DNA of 63,068 bases, the filler included. It is 11 parts of 11 records of this genome, joined end to end, with 100 filler letters (N's around TTAATTAATTAA, not from the genome) between each part and the next. Parts side by side here need not be neighbours in the genome. Positions count along the whole stretch, not along the records: positions 19,446 to 25,299 come from SRR15195285_800; positions 25,400 to 33,287 come from SRR15195285_803; positions 33,388 to 38,598 come from SRR15195285_806; 8 more parts are not named here. The stretch is one strand, 5' to 3'. The notes below the pieces were generated by a model. That model had not been told where the DNA came from. It saw nothing but the letters and a program-made list of their open reading frames with translations, and did no database searches. The translations under genes were made by a program, and so were the position numbers. This document shows, in pieces, positions 23,501-36,283 of the stretch (within the stretch, counting starts at the first letter, position 1; every line of letters starts with the position of its first letter).

Positions 23501-24920
23501 CTGCGTAAACTTTGTTGGAAAACGCGGTAAACCCAAACGGAGCGAAGTACTGAGCCTTGATGCCAACGCAGGCCAGGAAGAACGCGGGCGGAAATTTCCA
23601 CTTGTTGCAGGCCCCCGGTGGCTGGGGAGCTGTCGCCTTCGCAAACCCACGGAACGCTTCTGTAATGTTCGCTGAGTCCGCTGCCTCTTCCGCTCCGCCT
23701 GAGCCCTTTTCCATCGCCTGCTTCACGATGACGTTCGACACAGTCGATGCCACACCTAGCCATACAGTCACCCACAGGGCAAAGGATGTGCCCTCGTTGT
23801 CTATGTACGGCACTCTTTCCGCTCCTGTCGCGTTGAAATTCGCTGGCTCTGGACTAGAACCATAGTCGGCCCATATCGGCAGCAGTACAAACGCGAGGAA
23901 GCCACACAAAGACTGAATCAAGTTTCGCACGCCCGCCATCAGGCCGAAGTAGTCTGGAAATAGCTTCCCCAGGATTTCTACGCTCGTGAATGGTGTGACT
24001 TCCCCGCCAAGACCAAGCAGCACGCGCCCGATCATCAGCAGCCAGAACATACTGGACCCATCCGCTATCGCTTGGCACAGTGCCCCAAGGGTCACGAGCA
24101 CATTTGCACCAATGACGACTAGTTCCGGCCCCACCTTGTCCATAAACAGGCCTCCTATCATCGGCCCAATCATTGCGGCACCGTAGTAAAGCGCCGTCAA
24201 TTGTCCTATCTCTGCAGCTCCGCAGTCGAAGCGCCGCTGGATACGAGCTGATAGGGCGCCCATCGCCGGCAGAGCGAAGCTCGTACCGACTTCGGACCAG
24301 CTAGTGACGAACAAGAAGAACAGGTTCCGACCCGATAGCAGGGAGCTGGTCTGGTCTGTAGCCTTCACTGACTCGCGGACTACTTTTTTGAACGCCTCCT
24401 TGTCAAGTGTGCCAGAGCTGCTTTCGGCCTTCGCGTCGCGCACAAGCATCGTGATGTTGCGGCGCTGGCTGGCGGTCAACCCGTCTCGACTTTCGATCTC
24501 GACGTCCTTAGATCCCTGGGCATCGACGCCAGGAGTCGATGCCCTAGGAGTCGATGCCCTAAGGAGGTCCGAGTACACTGCTATAATCTCTGTCGCTGAA
24601 AGCTCGTCGTCTCCATCCACATCATAAAGTTCAAAGAACATACCCGCCACGTCCTCCAGCGTGCCCCGCAGTAGCGGGTTGAGCGCCTTGACGAGCTCCA
24701 TATCCGAACATAAGCCGTCGTCGTCCACGTCGAACAGGTCCCACATTCTGCGGACCAGCCCCGGAGCGGTCATCCCATTTGCAGCGCACAGCGTAATAAA
24801 GAGGTCTTCATCAATCGTATCATCTGGCCCAAAGCTAAAGAACCCCTGAATTTCTTTGGCTGTGAAGTTCGTCTCCTCCAGCAGCTCCTTGAGCTGCTCC
24901 GGACTCGGAGCACCCGACAT
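20581..24920 (-). CDS. Fusion: NCS-like EF-hands + MFSD1-like MFS transporter + C2-like domain + TPK-like two-pore K+ channel + EF-hand
   Basis: EF loops DVDDDG and DVDGDD; MFS motifs GGLFMDKVG, GRVLLGLGGE, GPLSDKYG; pores TTVGYG and TTVGFGD; C-terminal DRDRSGELTPGD. Introns 22079-21983, 21904-21819, 21129-21008 and a probable in-frame intron near 20908-20802. Confidence 0.88.
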
Positions 24921-25827
24921 CGATGCCACAAAAAATCACTCACAGCCTCACAACGCTTCACTCAGCCCCACCTCGCCCCCCCCTCCCCGCCCCACGCGCC
25001 CCGGGAACCATCGTGCGCAGGGCTCCAAACTGCCGGCTGGGAGGGGCGTACAGTCCCGTGCACACAGCAGGCGCTGGGGCGCTGCAGCCCAGCCCAGCCC
25101 TGTGCAGCAATCACGCGTCCGCAGGCGTGGACCGGTCTACTCGGGATACGGTGGGGTACCGTACAGTATTGAGTATATACCGGTACGCGGTAGTACGTGA
25201 GAACTCGGCTCACCTGCTGCACGGCGGAGGCGAGAGATCAGCGGCATGCCGGAATACCATTGATGATACTAGTGCCTTAATGTGCCCATCATAGTCTCGN
25301 NNNNNNNNNNNNNNNNNNNNNNNNNNNNNNNNNNNNNNNNNNNTTAATTAATTAANNNNNNNNNNNNNNNNNNNNNNNNNNNNNNNNNNNNNNNNNNNNA
25401 ACCTGGGCACATGGGGACAGAAATTCCCCGCCGCCTCGTGATCATAAATAGCCGCCTATATTCGTTACCTTCCGTCAGGAGGTATATGGGGCACAGTTAT
25501 TGTCCACAGCGTGCGTGGGTGGCGACGCCACAATCGGCACACCGTGCGTGTACACCGACAGCCCGTGTGATCTACCGCTGCGACGGACCTGGCGACGCGT
25601 ACCAGTACAGTTAATCCGTGTACACTTGAGTTAGTGCTCTCCCAGCAAGGTACCCCAGTTTTTAGCTCTCTCTCTGTGTGCTGTGCATGCTGTGGTCATC
25701 ACGGTCCGAAACCGAGCGTCAACACTCGTTACGGTGTATGAGAGAATGTGCGGCGGGATAGGGATGCAAGCGGACACAGTACGAGACGGCTCAGACGGGT
25801 TAGTCCTCCTTGCAGCCCCAGAGGTGA

Positions 25828-28548
25828 ATGGGAGTGAGTTGGCAATGGGAGAGGCGATCACGAGCCGTCGACGTGCGGCAGCTCACTGACAGCGCGCCGC
25901 CAGCCATAGACGTTCGGCAGCTGGCGGAGAAAGATGCTGAGCTTGTGGCGGAGGTGCTCGCGGGTGGTTACGTGGCGCTGAGGAGGAGCGCGACTCGCGA
26001 CAGGGCCGTGCATAATGCCTACTGGCGCATGCAGAGCGGGGAGAAGAGCGAGGCGCAGGACAAGTGTGTCCTGCTGCATGAGACGCACGCGAAGCTCTTC
26101 CCGCCCACCGGTGGTTCGGCCGGCAGCGCAGCGGACGCAGGACCGCCTGAAGATGTACTGCCGGCCGAGGCGGTGGACGAGTGGCAGGTTGCACTGTTCG
26201 AAAACGGCGACGTCGAGGTGGTACCAGCTAGCTGGGTGTCACTAGAGCCTGCAGAGGAGGCCGAGGATGAGGCCGCAACAACGGCGGCCCACGTGGAGCA
26301 CAGGCTTCTGGTCGACGCTGTGCAAGACAGTGGGCTGCGGGCGATGAGACAGTCGGGTAAGCCGATACACAGTGCGAGATACCGTGGTGACGACGGCGAA
26401 AAGGGTTCGAATTTAGAAATGTGTGTCGTGCTTGGAGATGCAGCGAAGGGACAGCGCAAAGTTGTACTGTTTGACTTCGGGATACTGCAAGTCGTTCCGG
26501 CCGAGTGGGTGTCGCACCAGCCCACAGAGGCAGCTGGACCGCTGAGCAAGAATGCACTGCAAACCTACGCGCTGCGCAGCCAGCATGCCGCCATTGAGGC
26601 TGTGCATGAGAAACGTGCACGTCACAGCGCGGTCGACTCTGCTGAAAGTTGCCGCGCACGCAACGAGAGGATTCACGAGGCTTCGCACCTGGCCCGGAGC
26701 TCTCTGTGGACTGTGCGACTTGAAGAAGTGCCAAGTGATCACATGGAAGTATGTCGGAAATTGCTGACATGCCGCACGCGCAACGAGACAGAACGGTTGG
26801 GTATCACTAACCCACCAGGGATGATCCAGTCATCGGCGATGGTGCTGGTACCTGCAGTCCTGGGAATTGCGCCCTTTGTGATCAACCTCGCAGGGGCTCG
26901 GCGGCAGTGTACAGTGGACGAGGATGAACTTACAGTGCCATGCGCAGAGATCGACGCTGACGCCTTCATCCTGACCTGTCTTATCTGGCTGGTTGGCTGC
27001 GCTCTGTGTCTGCTCGAATTCTACCGAACACAACTGCGCCCATTAGGGTTCGGTCACATGCTGCACTACGCCTACATCTACGGCTCGGCGGGCAGCACTT
27101 TCTGTCTACTGGAGTATCTATTTCGCGAGAAAGTCCCCCCTGGTCTGCCAGCGCACATATCGTTCCACATGGGCTGCCTAGTTGCGTCTATCTGGGGCTG
27201 TGAGTAATCTGCTAGCAGACATGTGCCACTAGTTGTAGATGCAGATCAACTGCATGTCGAACAGCACGCGCACCTAGCTTCTACGAGCTTCTTTTGAGAT
27301 TTTGGGCGTGTTTGGGTGGCTGCAGACGTGTCATTAGCCGTCTTTCTGGTGCTGCGCCATCGGAAAAGTTCGTTGGCATTTGTGCAGCAGATCGAGCAAC
27401 AGTCGGCTCATGCTGCGGCCCAGGCCGATGCTGACACTGCGGACCGCGCAAGGCTCGCCGCTATGGTGAAAGCTCCGCCCGCACCCAGGCTTGCTCTAGC
27501 CTCGAACAGGAGGGAAGCAGCACCAATGGTTGGTGCTGAGCGTTTGGGAAAGGAACGAAAGGGAACGAAAGGGAACGCCGGCGTAGAACATATTGCCGGT
27601 GTGAATGTCCGGTCAAGGAGATGGCGCGTCCGTGCCCACCTGGGTGGTACTAGTCGTCAGCAAGTGCTAAAAGGCTTTCTTCTATGGATCGTTGGCATAG
27701 CTTTGCTGGTGCTCAACTGGGCGTGGCTACAGGTCCTCACTGTTGCCTATATGAAATTTGCGACCACACCATCTATGATCACTCTCGGCACTGGCATTTT
27801 CAATTTCTCGCAGATGTTCTCGCAGTTCGTGGTTGTGAGTGTCATGAAGAAGGCTGAGATGCAGCGGGTGGGCGCGAAGCATACGAACTTTGATAGGTTT
27901 GTGTTGACGAATCAGGTCAGGTGGGCTTTCATCTGCTACAAGGCTATCTTTCAAGCGGCCCTGCTCGTTAGACTGTCAGACTGGCACGACTTTCTGGCAT
28001 ATTGGATTACTAGCGCAGTAACATCGGCGATTGTTTACACACTTTCGATGAGTCGCAATATGCACGCGCTGATCGGGACAGACATAGCCTGCTGCCGGCG
28101 GCCGACGATGCAGCTGATGCTCAGAGGCGTCTTAGACAGTGATTTGCTGCATCAGCGAGGAAACCTTTGCTTCGGCGAGTTTCTTAGGCATTGGGGCAGT
28201 TTGATTGCGTATACCCAACACGTGCTATTCATTGGGTATATCGTCACGTTCGGCAGGGACAATCAGGCGATCTTCATCCCGTATTCGACAGCAGCGGCCT
28301 TCGACTTCAAGCTGCAGATGCAGTTCTGCGCCGTGGGCTCTGTACTAGACTGGCTCCAGTACTTCGTGACGAACATTTTGGCGAAACTGCTGTTTCGGAT
28401 CACCCCGATGTATGTTGGATCATGCCACTTGCGACAATATGCTGAGTTTCGACGATCAATGGTCATGATCAGCATGCATATCGTCAGCGATGTCTACATT
28501 GGGATGGTTTTCGCCATGTCGGCTGGCATCTACATGGTACAAGAATGA
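25828..28548 (+). CDS. Unknown multi-pass membrane protein with a duplicated soluble N-terminal module (at least 2 exons)
   Basis: Long ORFs 25828-27207 and 27316-28548 separated by a GTGAGT..CAG intron; many hydrophobic helices; start codon uncertain. Confidence 0.7.
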
Positions 28549-28638
28549 TGAGTAGAAGGGCAACTGTGAAGGGCAACTGTGTACAGTGAAGAAGTGCCCA
28601 ATGAATTGCTGGTGCGCATTCATTCAAACTTGGCAAAA

Positions 28639-31465
28639 TTAATGGTGATCGTACATGTAAACTGTCCCGAAGTAGCCGGATATAGCTAGCATGACTGTGT
28701 AGGGGGCTGCCATGTAAACCATTTTGCCGTACGTTAGATTCACCAACGGAGCGATGGAAGAGGTGAGCACAAAGAGAAATGCCGCTTGCCCTGCGCGTAT
28801 CCAGCCAGACAGATCAGACGAGATATTGATGTAAGGACACAGCTTTCTCATCGCTCGCGCATGTGGGTAGATGAAATCAAATGCTGCCACCGATCCTTCT
28901 GCTCAGCACTCACCGTTTGGAGTAGCACAGGACGGCAAATTCGTGCCCATGTTGATTGCCACCGCCAACTGCACAGTTGAAGGTAACAGTACAGTACCGA
29001 CGTGTAGCACAAATTGAGATCCACAACATTTGCTTTCGTGACGGGTACGTGCAAACAAGTACGACGGACCCACCTTTTCGTACTGTTGTCGCGACATCTC
29101 CATAGGTACTGACGCATTCAGTGGAAATTGGTCTTCATAAACCCTGCAACCGAACGCCAACGAAGTCAGGTACAGTAGCAAAAGCTGTATGGACGAGCAT
29201 CCACTCACTCAGCAACACCTTTGATGAAAACCGTGGCAACGAAGACGTTGTCGGACACTGTCGAGAGAGCACCATTGACAATGAAGAGGACTCCTGGCTG
29301 GTCATCCTCTGGAAGATCGAGAACACTGCATCCACCAATTACCAAAGGGACATGAGCCGTCATCACTTGTCACTCTCAGCAGACACACCACCTAAGGTCA
29401 GAGAGACTTGCTATCACGCTCTCACCCGTGAATGATCGGCTCGAAGATCGCCTGCTCTTGAATAATTGCCACCACACCAAAGAACACTACAAGTAGCGAC
29501 ACGAATGGCATTGCCTCCAAAAATGCGTGGCCCAGCTGCGCACCAACCCATCAGTCCCAACGTCATTAATTGTGGATTCAACGCAGGCCGAACGATGAAG
29601 CAGCCGTACCTCATGTTCTTCTGTAATGCCATTGAATGCCGTCACCATAATTGTGACCGCCAGTCCAACAAACCCCACCTACAGTGCGCCACAGTCCACG
29701 GAGTTGCAGTTGCTACCATTCAAACTGACATTACAGAGTGCACTGCATGCGTGCAAGCGGCTTGCTCGCACCTCTGTGACGTGAGTAGCCAGCGCTATAA
29801 CAAGGATGACAGCTGCTCCCGCCTGCACTGACAGCTCCATAGCCTCGGTATTGTGAATCTTGCCGAACTCTTTGGACCAACATACCGACACATCACGACA
29901 CAGTCACAAGGGCTTAGCAATCATCGGATCGAAAACGCGTCGACCGGCCTGGCCAGGTTCTGTGTTTCACTCACCGTCATCTGCAAACTGCTTCAGTACC
30001 TTACGGACGTGCACTGGCATCTTTGCTCCGTAATCAAATATACCTAACATTTCTAACATCAGACAAGTCCACAACCCTATTGGCAAGACTGTGCCCGAAA
30101 TGGGGAACATTTTGACAGCGAAATCCTTGAAATCCCAATTCAGGTAGCGCGCTATCACCAGATTCTGTGGCTCTCCTACGACTGTAGCGCAGCCTCCGAG
30201 CGCTGTGCCGACGCAGCCATGCATCAGCAGCGAACGCAGGAACGACCTGTTCCACACATGCTTGTCGAGTTAGTTTAGGATTTCTGGGCTAGCTGGGGTA
30301 AGTCATTCAAAGGTCTGACACCCCGCTCTCGAACAACGAGTGAATTGTAAAGGGGGCGCACTGAAACTGTACGATGTCTTCCTTGTGCAAGTCGTAGCAA
30401 TCCGCATCCGTCGGCGCGGCCACCCGATTGTCCATCACATGCTCCAGGGATGGCATGTCTTTGAGGACTGCTTCTTGCCGTGCCTCCCGGTCTTGACTGA
30501 CATTCGGCGAAAGCGACTCTGCGAGGTTTCGACTGCCGTTCTTCGGCGACCTGGCGGTGGCGACTTTGTCCAGAACGTTCTCCGCTCCCAGAGTGGTTGA
30601 AATCGTACGGGTCACCGGCTGGCTATGGTGATGCGGCACGAGCTCGAATGCCATAGTCTGCATTGTTGCACAAGCAGATCATCAGCAAGGGAGACACGGC
30701 ACCTGGGCTTCTTCAACGGCGTGGAAATACAGGGGAACGCTCGGAAGGGCTGGCGGTGACACGTACCTCGTGGTGAGTGTCGTCCGCAGGGAGGTCTGCG
30801 TCGGCAACGACGTGGAAGTATACACCCAGAATCCCCGTGCAGACAGAGACAAGCACTGCAGCAACAGAGAGCGCGTCGAGGAAGGCAGAGAGTAACGCGG
30901 TCATGAACATGAGCAAGGCGGACATGACTATCTTGGACTCCACTCCCAGCAGCAACTTCGTGAAGAACCATAGCAGCAGGTTCTTGAGAAAGTGGATGGC
31001 CGCAACCATGAACACAACCAGCAGCAACACGTTCAAGTTCATCTCTACTTCGTGGAGAAATGTATCTGATTTCGCCAGGCCCAGCACAAAGGCCTCGACG
31101 ACGATCAGGCCGCCCGACTGCAGCGGGTAGCAGTACAGTCCACATGCCAGCGTGAAGATGAACTCCAACAACACTGCCCAAGCACACAGCTTGTCGTTCA
31201 ACGCCACTTTGATCAAGATGTTTACCAGCAAGAAGCTGACCATGGTGAGCTTGTACCAGACTGGACTGTGCCCCAAAAAGTTTTGCATAAACGCTTGTGG
31301 AAGCGTCGGCTGGGGTGCCGAGGTGTCGGTGTCGTCGAACGTCGAGGTGCGCGGAGCATCATCCTCTGCGCCCTCCCCGTTTTCAAAGTCGTAGGAGAGC
31401 GGTCTGGCGTCGATCGACAGATCTTTCGATGTGACCGGGTTGCTGAAAACTACCTCGCCGGGCAT
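28639..31465 (-). CDS. nhaB: Na+/H+ antiporter NhaB (bacterial type), 10 exons
   Basis: [83 protein letters not shown] are collinear with enterobacterial NhaB. Nine GT..AG introns keep phase. Confidence 0.93.
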
Positions 31466-33853
31466 CGTGAAGATCGATCGACCTGCACAGTTCCGGCCGC
31501 CTTCCTTCCCGTCCGCTTCGCCGGCAAGCGCGAGTGGGCGCTAGCTAGCAGATCGCCTCGCCACCGTTCCGGCCGGCGGAGCTCTGCCGCGTGTATGATT
31601 CGGGCGCGTCACGCTGCCCGGCGATGCCCGGTGGGCGTCGGCTTCCCCATCAGTGCCGAGACGATCGCACCCGAACCCCGAAATCCGCCCAGACGCTGCA
31701 GATCAGCAGCTCACTGCTGCTGTACACCGCCCGTCCCCTCTCTCACTCTGCTTCGCCCTAAGCGCTCCCGCCACCGCTCTTTTCACACGCCACTGCGCAC
31801 CCCTGCACCATTCTGCAGCCAGTTCACGCCTGCAGAAGAAGAAAAAAGCTCCACAGCGGCTAAAACAGCAGCGCACCCGCGGCCATGTCTCTGCTCGCAG
31901 CGCCAACGGGACGGCGCGCTCTCCCGTCTCCTTCCCTCGCGCTGAGCTGCCCCTCAAACACAAACAACTCTCCCTAAAACTCTTACAGCTGCACGCTCTC
32001 TCAAACAAACCACCCAAACCACACACCTCAAACGCCACTCCCCAACCGAACCGCAAGCAGCTTAGCACCAACACCCCGTTGGCCAACGCGGGTGAGGACG
32101 AATTCTCGCCCACGCTCCGCTCTCCCCCAGCACCCAACCCTCCCGTCACCCCTACCCACTCACCCTCCGCCTACTCCCCCGCGGCGAAGAAGAACAACGT
32201 CCTTACGTATCAATCGATGTATCTTCCAATCGATATATATGTGTATGTATACAACGTGGCCACCACCACCGCCACCACCACGTGCTGTTCCGCGGATATT
32301 CGCCAACGCGCCGCGTCACGACTACAGTATATGTATTGTACATGAAGGTATATATATATTACGACGTAACCGGGGGCCCTGGATTCTGTCAGCGCAAAAC
32401 ATGCAATTTGCTCAAAGTCACGGTTGAATTATGCGTATTATCTGGGTATATGTTGACGCACAGTTGTTTTGTCCATATTGGCCAGAATTTCGTATGATAC
32501 CAACTTGCAAGTCGATGATTGAGCGTGTTATAATCTCGTACATTGTTGAGCCAAAACTTCAGTTTTGAAGTGTAATAAATCGGAACTGCTTCGATGAGCT
32601 CAGGAAGAGTGCTCGTTCGTCTATGAATGGTACCAATGGGCCTATAGTACTAGACTAGTATCGCACGCCTCAACACGCTTACAATTGTAGAACGCGGAAC
32701 AGCGAACACGCCAGTTGGTCATGCTGGTCCGTGCTTAAGAAACGTACCGTAGGGTTACACATTTCTGACTCCTGGGGAATATGAGAGACGGCACTCGTGG
32801 CAGAACCAACGACGTTGGCTGCATGAATTCTGAGTGTGGTGGCCCTGCGGTAGGGTTGCTTCACGATGCAGCTGTAGGGTTGGTTGCCAAACGAACAGTT
32901 GTGCATCCATCCGTCGAATGACATGCAGCACAGTAGACAGTACCGTACTGGTAGGAATTCCTACTGTACAGTACTCGAGTAGGCATGAAAAAGATCGGAA
33001 CCGCATATTACTTATTAGAACCAGAATCAGAAGTTCATTGGAATGCACCAGTCTACCCTGGGCACTGCTACAGTTCATAAACCGTGTGGTCTATGATGGC
33101 CCTAAGTCAGGGCGTACCACATCTCTGGGTACATCTATTTCGTCTGCTAGCCAGACGCGTTATAAGCCACCTCCCGGTGGGCTATTGCTATTCTACCTTG
33201 CGGCGCCACTCGACCAGCCCGGTCGAGCGCACGGCAATCCTAATCAAACTATTTTTAATCTACGCTAACGCCGCCACCCAAGCGTCANNNNNNNNNNNNN
33301 NNNNNNNNNNNNNNNNNNNNNNNNNNNNNNNTTAATTAATTAANNNNNNNNNNNNNNNNNNNNNNNNNNNNNNNNNNNNNNNNNNNNGACCAACCCAGTT
33401 GAGTCTACCCTTGATTGGACTGCATAATATTCCCCTGGCCAGGGTGCCGACAAAATGACATTTTCCGTGAGACGTGACGGACGTCGCTCCGGCATTTCTG
33501 ACATTTCCACGGTATCGGCAGATGAGTAGCAGCCTCTGCCGTGGAAGTCACCCGAGCACCAGCTAGGCCGTGCGGTGTGGTGGGCGTGGCGCTGCAGGGA
33601 TTGGGGAATTTTGGTGTTTTGGGTGGAGCGTGGGTGCGTCAAGAAGTAAGCGTGACTGACGACGTTGGGCCAACGCCATTGCTCCGGAGCAGCGTCACCT
33701 GCCTGGGGACGGACGGCTGCGTCGCGGTCCTCCTTATCTTGTTCTTCTTCGCCTTGTGTGAGCAGACCTGCTTCTTCTGGCGCGCGGTGGCAGCAGCAGT
33801 TGGCAGTGGTGTGGTCTTGAGCGTGGCGCTCAGGCGCGTGAGGGTCGTGTTCG

Positions 33854-36061
33854 ATGGAGCCGCATTTCGGCTGGCTGGAGAAGAAGTCCGGCGGGAAGGA
33901 GGAGCAGGAGGCGTCGAAGAAAAAGTCGATGGGGCAGCGCCGCGGGAAGTGGGATCGACGGTACTTCGTGGTCTTGCCGGCGGGTGACAACAAGGGCCAG
34001 ATGATGTATTACAAGGACAGCGCTGACTGGCAAAAGTGAGTGCAGCAGAGCGCTCCCGTGCCTGCCAGCTCACGCACGTCGCTGCGCGTGATGATTCCTC
34101 GCACGGGACTAAACGTCGACATGTCCAGCTCGTCCGACTGCCAGCAGATTTCTTCTGTGCTCGCTCACGCAACTAGTTTTGATCCGCGCAGGGGCAAGCA
34201 GCCGAAGGGCGTGATGAACCTGGAAGAAGCTGAGCTGCTCCTCGGCGACTCCGGCGAGGAGCTCGAGTTTGCGATCCGCTGCACCCTGCCGCCGCAGTCT
34301 CAAGGCGGTGGACGCGCGCTCGCGTTTCCGTCTCGCGTCTACGTTCTGCGTGCGGCAACGATAGCAGAGCGTTCTGCGTTTGTGGAGGTCTTGAGGCAAA
34401 TCATTTCGAAAGTGCAGGAGGGTGTGGATCGAGACCGACTCTCGTCGGGCGCAACGACGACATTGCGGTACACGCAAGGTTTTCAGGACAATGGCGCAGA
34501 GGACGAGTACAACACGAAGGGTGGCGGTGCAAAGATTGTTGCAAAACAGCGCAAGGAATGGTTTGCGTTCTTGAGCGCGCAGCAGAAGCGTCAGGTGGTG
34601 CAGGATGCTGAGATCCCTGAATTAGTCATGGACCGACCGCCAGCACAGCTCTGTAGAATTGGCATACCGCCGGATCGGCGCGGACAGATGTGGGAGATTC
34701 TGTCCGGATCGGTGCACTTGCGGCGCGCTAACGTTGGGGAGTATGAGGCGCTGCAATTGCGAAGTCAACCTAGTGGGGCTTGGCAGCACGGCGGTGGCGG
34801 CAGCGGTGGTGAGCTGAAGGAGGAGACGGATATCCAGATTGAGAAAGATCTGAAGCGCACGTTCGCAGAGAACAGCGAAATGCAGACAGGAGACCGCATC
34901 GACCAGCTCCGCCGACTCCTACGCGCGTACGCAGTGTATGATCCAGTGGTTGGGTACTGCCAGAGTCTTAATTTCATCGCGGCGATTCTCATGCTGTACA
35001 TGAAAGAGGAGCAGGCCTTCTGGACGCTCACCACAGTCGTGCAGAACACGTTACCCGCCGGGTACTACACTGATGGCATGCAAGGCTTGCGGGCTGACCA
35101 CCGGGTGCTATCAGCCCTGGTTGAGCAGAAGCTGCCAGCGCTGCACGCGCACCTGACCTCGCTCGATGTTCCACTTGAGCCAGTTTCTACCCAGTGGCTG
35201 ATGTGCATGTATCTCAACGTCCTTCCGATGAACTCCGTCCTCAGAATATGGGACTCGATCTTCTGCGAAGGCAGCGCGGTACGATCTACTGCTGTAATTG
35301 ACTGCTTGCCTGCGTGTCCTATTACCGCCAATGTTGACAGTGCTCTGCTTGTTGATTGCTCCGTCGCGGCAGGTCCTCATGCGGGTCGCGGTTGGGCTCC
35401 TTAAGCAGCACGAAGAGGAGCTCCTGCAGTGCTCAGACTTCGGAGACGCCTTCATGATTCTGCAGGAGATGACCAAGGGCGATATCGATTGCGAGAAACT
35501 TATTTCAGTCGCGTTCAACGAGAAGCTTCTTGGCGATTTTCCGCCTGAGGAAGTTGCAGCACTACGTAGAACGTGCGTGCCACAGCTCTCACTGCTTTGC
35601 CTGAGGCCTGGATGTAGACCTAATCTAGGTTGTGCGTACACAGGTATGCTGACGAAATTCGGAGCGAGGACGAAGCGGCAGATGCAGCAAGGGGAGTATC
35701 GAAGACGAAGGCATCCAAAGCACCATCGGTCGCTTCGCCGGTGCCGCAAAAGCTCGAGATTGCAGTAGAGGACGTGCCTACAGTTCAGATCTCGGGCCTC
35801 GATCGCGAGCAAATTGTCCCACCGTCTCCGTCGCAAACGCCACAGACCCCTGATTCGTTTGGACACAGCTTTGGTCTCGATGAGGAAGAGCTCCGACGGG
35901 GAATGGCAGACGAAGACGAAGATAGTGGTAGTGAGACACCGCAGGCCCAGGTTGAGCCGAATCTTTCCGTGACGGCAGAAGAGGGTGTCCCACCTTCAGG
36001 GGCAGCAAGTGGTGTGCCAGCAGCGGTGACTTCGGACGAGGAAGACTGGGACGATGTGTGA
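33854..36061 (+). CDS. PH-domain + TBC-domain Rab GTPase-activating protein, 4 exons
   Basis: PH: GWLEKK..WDRRYFVV..MYYKD. TBC: GIPPDRRGQMW, QIEKDLKRTF (R finger), GYCQSLNFIA (Q finger), LRIWD. Confidence 0.92.
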
Positions 36062-36283
36062 GGCGTGACTTGTGCGCGCTGTGGCAGCTGCGGAAGGGGC
36101 CCCGTACGACGTGTTTGGCCAACGATTCCTATTTTCTCGCTTTGCAGCGCGAGTCTAGTCGCGTGTAGTTGAAATCCACGGCGGCCTTCTACCACGGTGC
36201 TCTCCACATTTTTTTGCCTGCAGCTCAGGTTGTCTGTTAGCTTACACAGCTGCACCAGCTTCGAGCGTCTATCCAGCAACATG

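Noticed and set aside
21048-24929. The 1293-aa ORF as the literal protein
   Set aside because: It reads through two introns (97+86 nt, a multiple of 3) and misses pore 1; the spliced model restores the motifs.
31950-32050. Telomeric repeat
   Set aside because: Only one ccctaaa is present and there is no periodicity.
33084-33232. Hammerhead ribozyme or snRNA identity for the hairpin cluster
   Set aside because: No CUGANGA core in the right position and no recognisable U1/U2 5' sequence.
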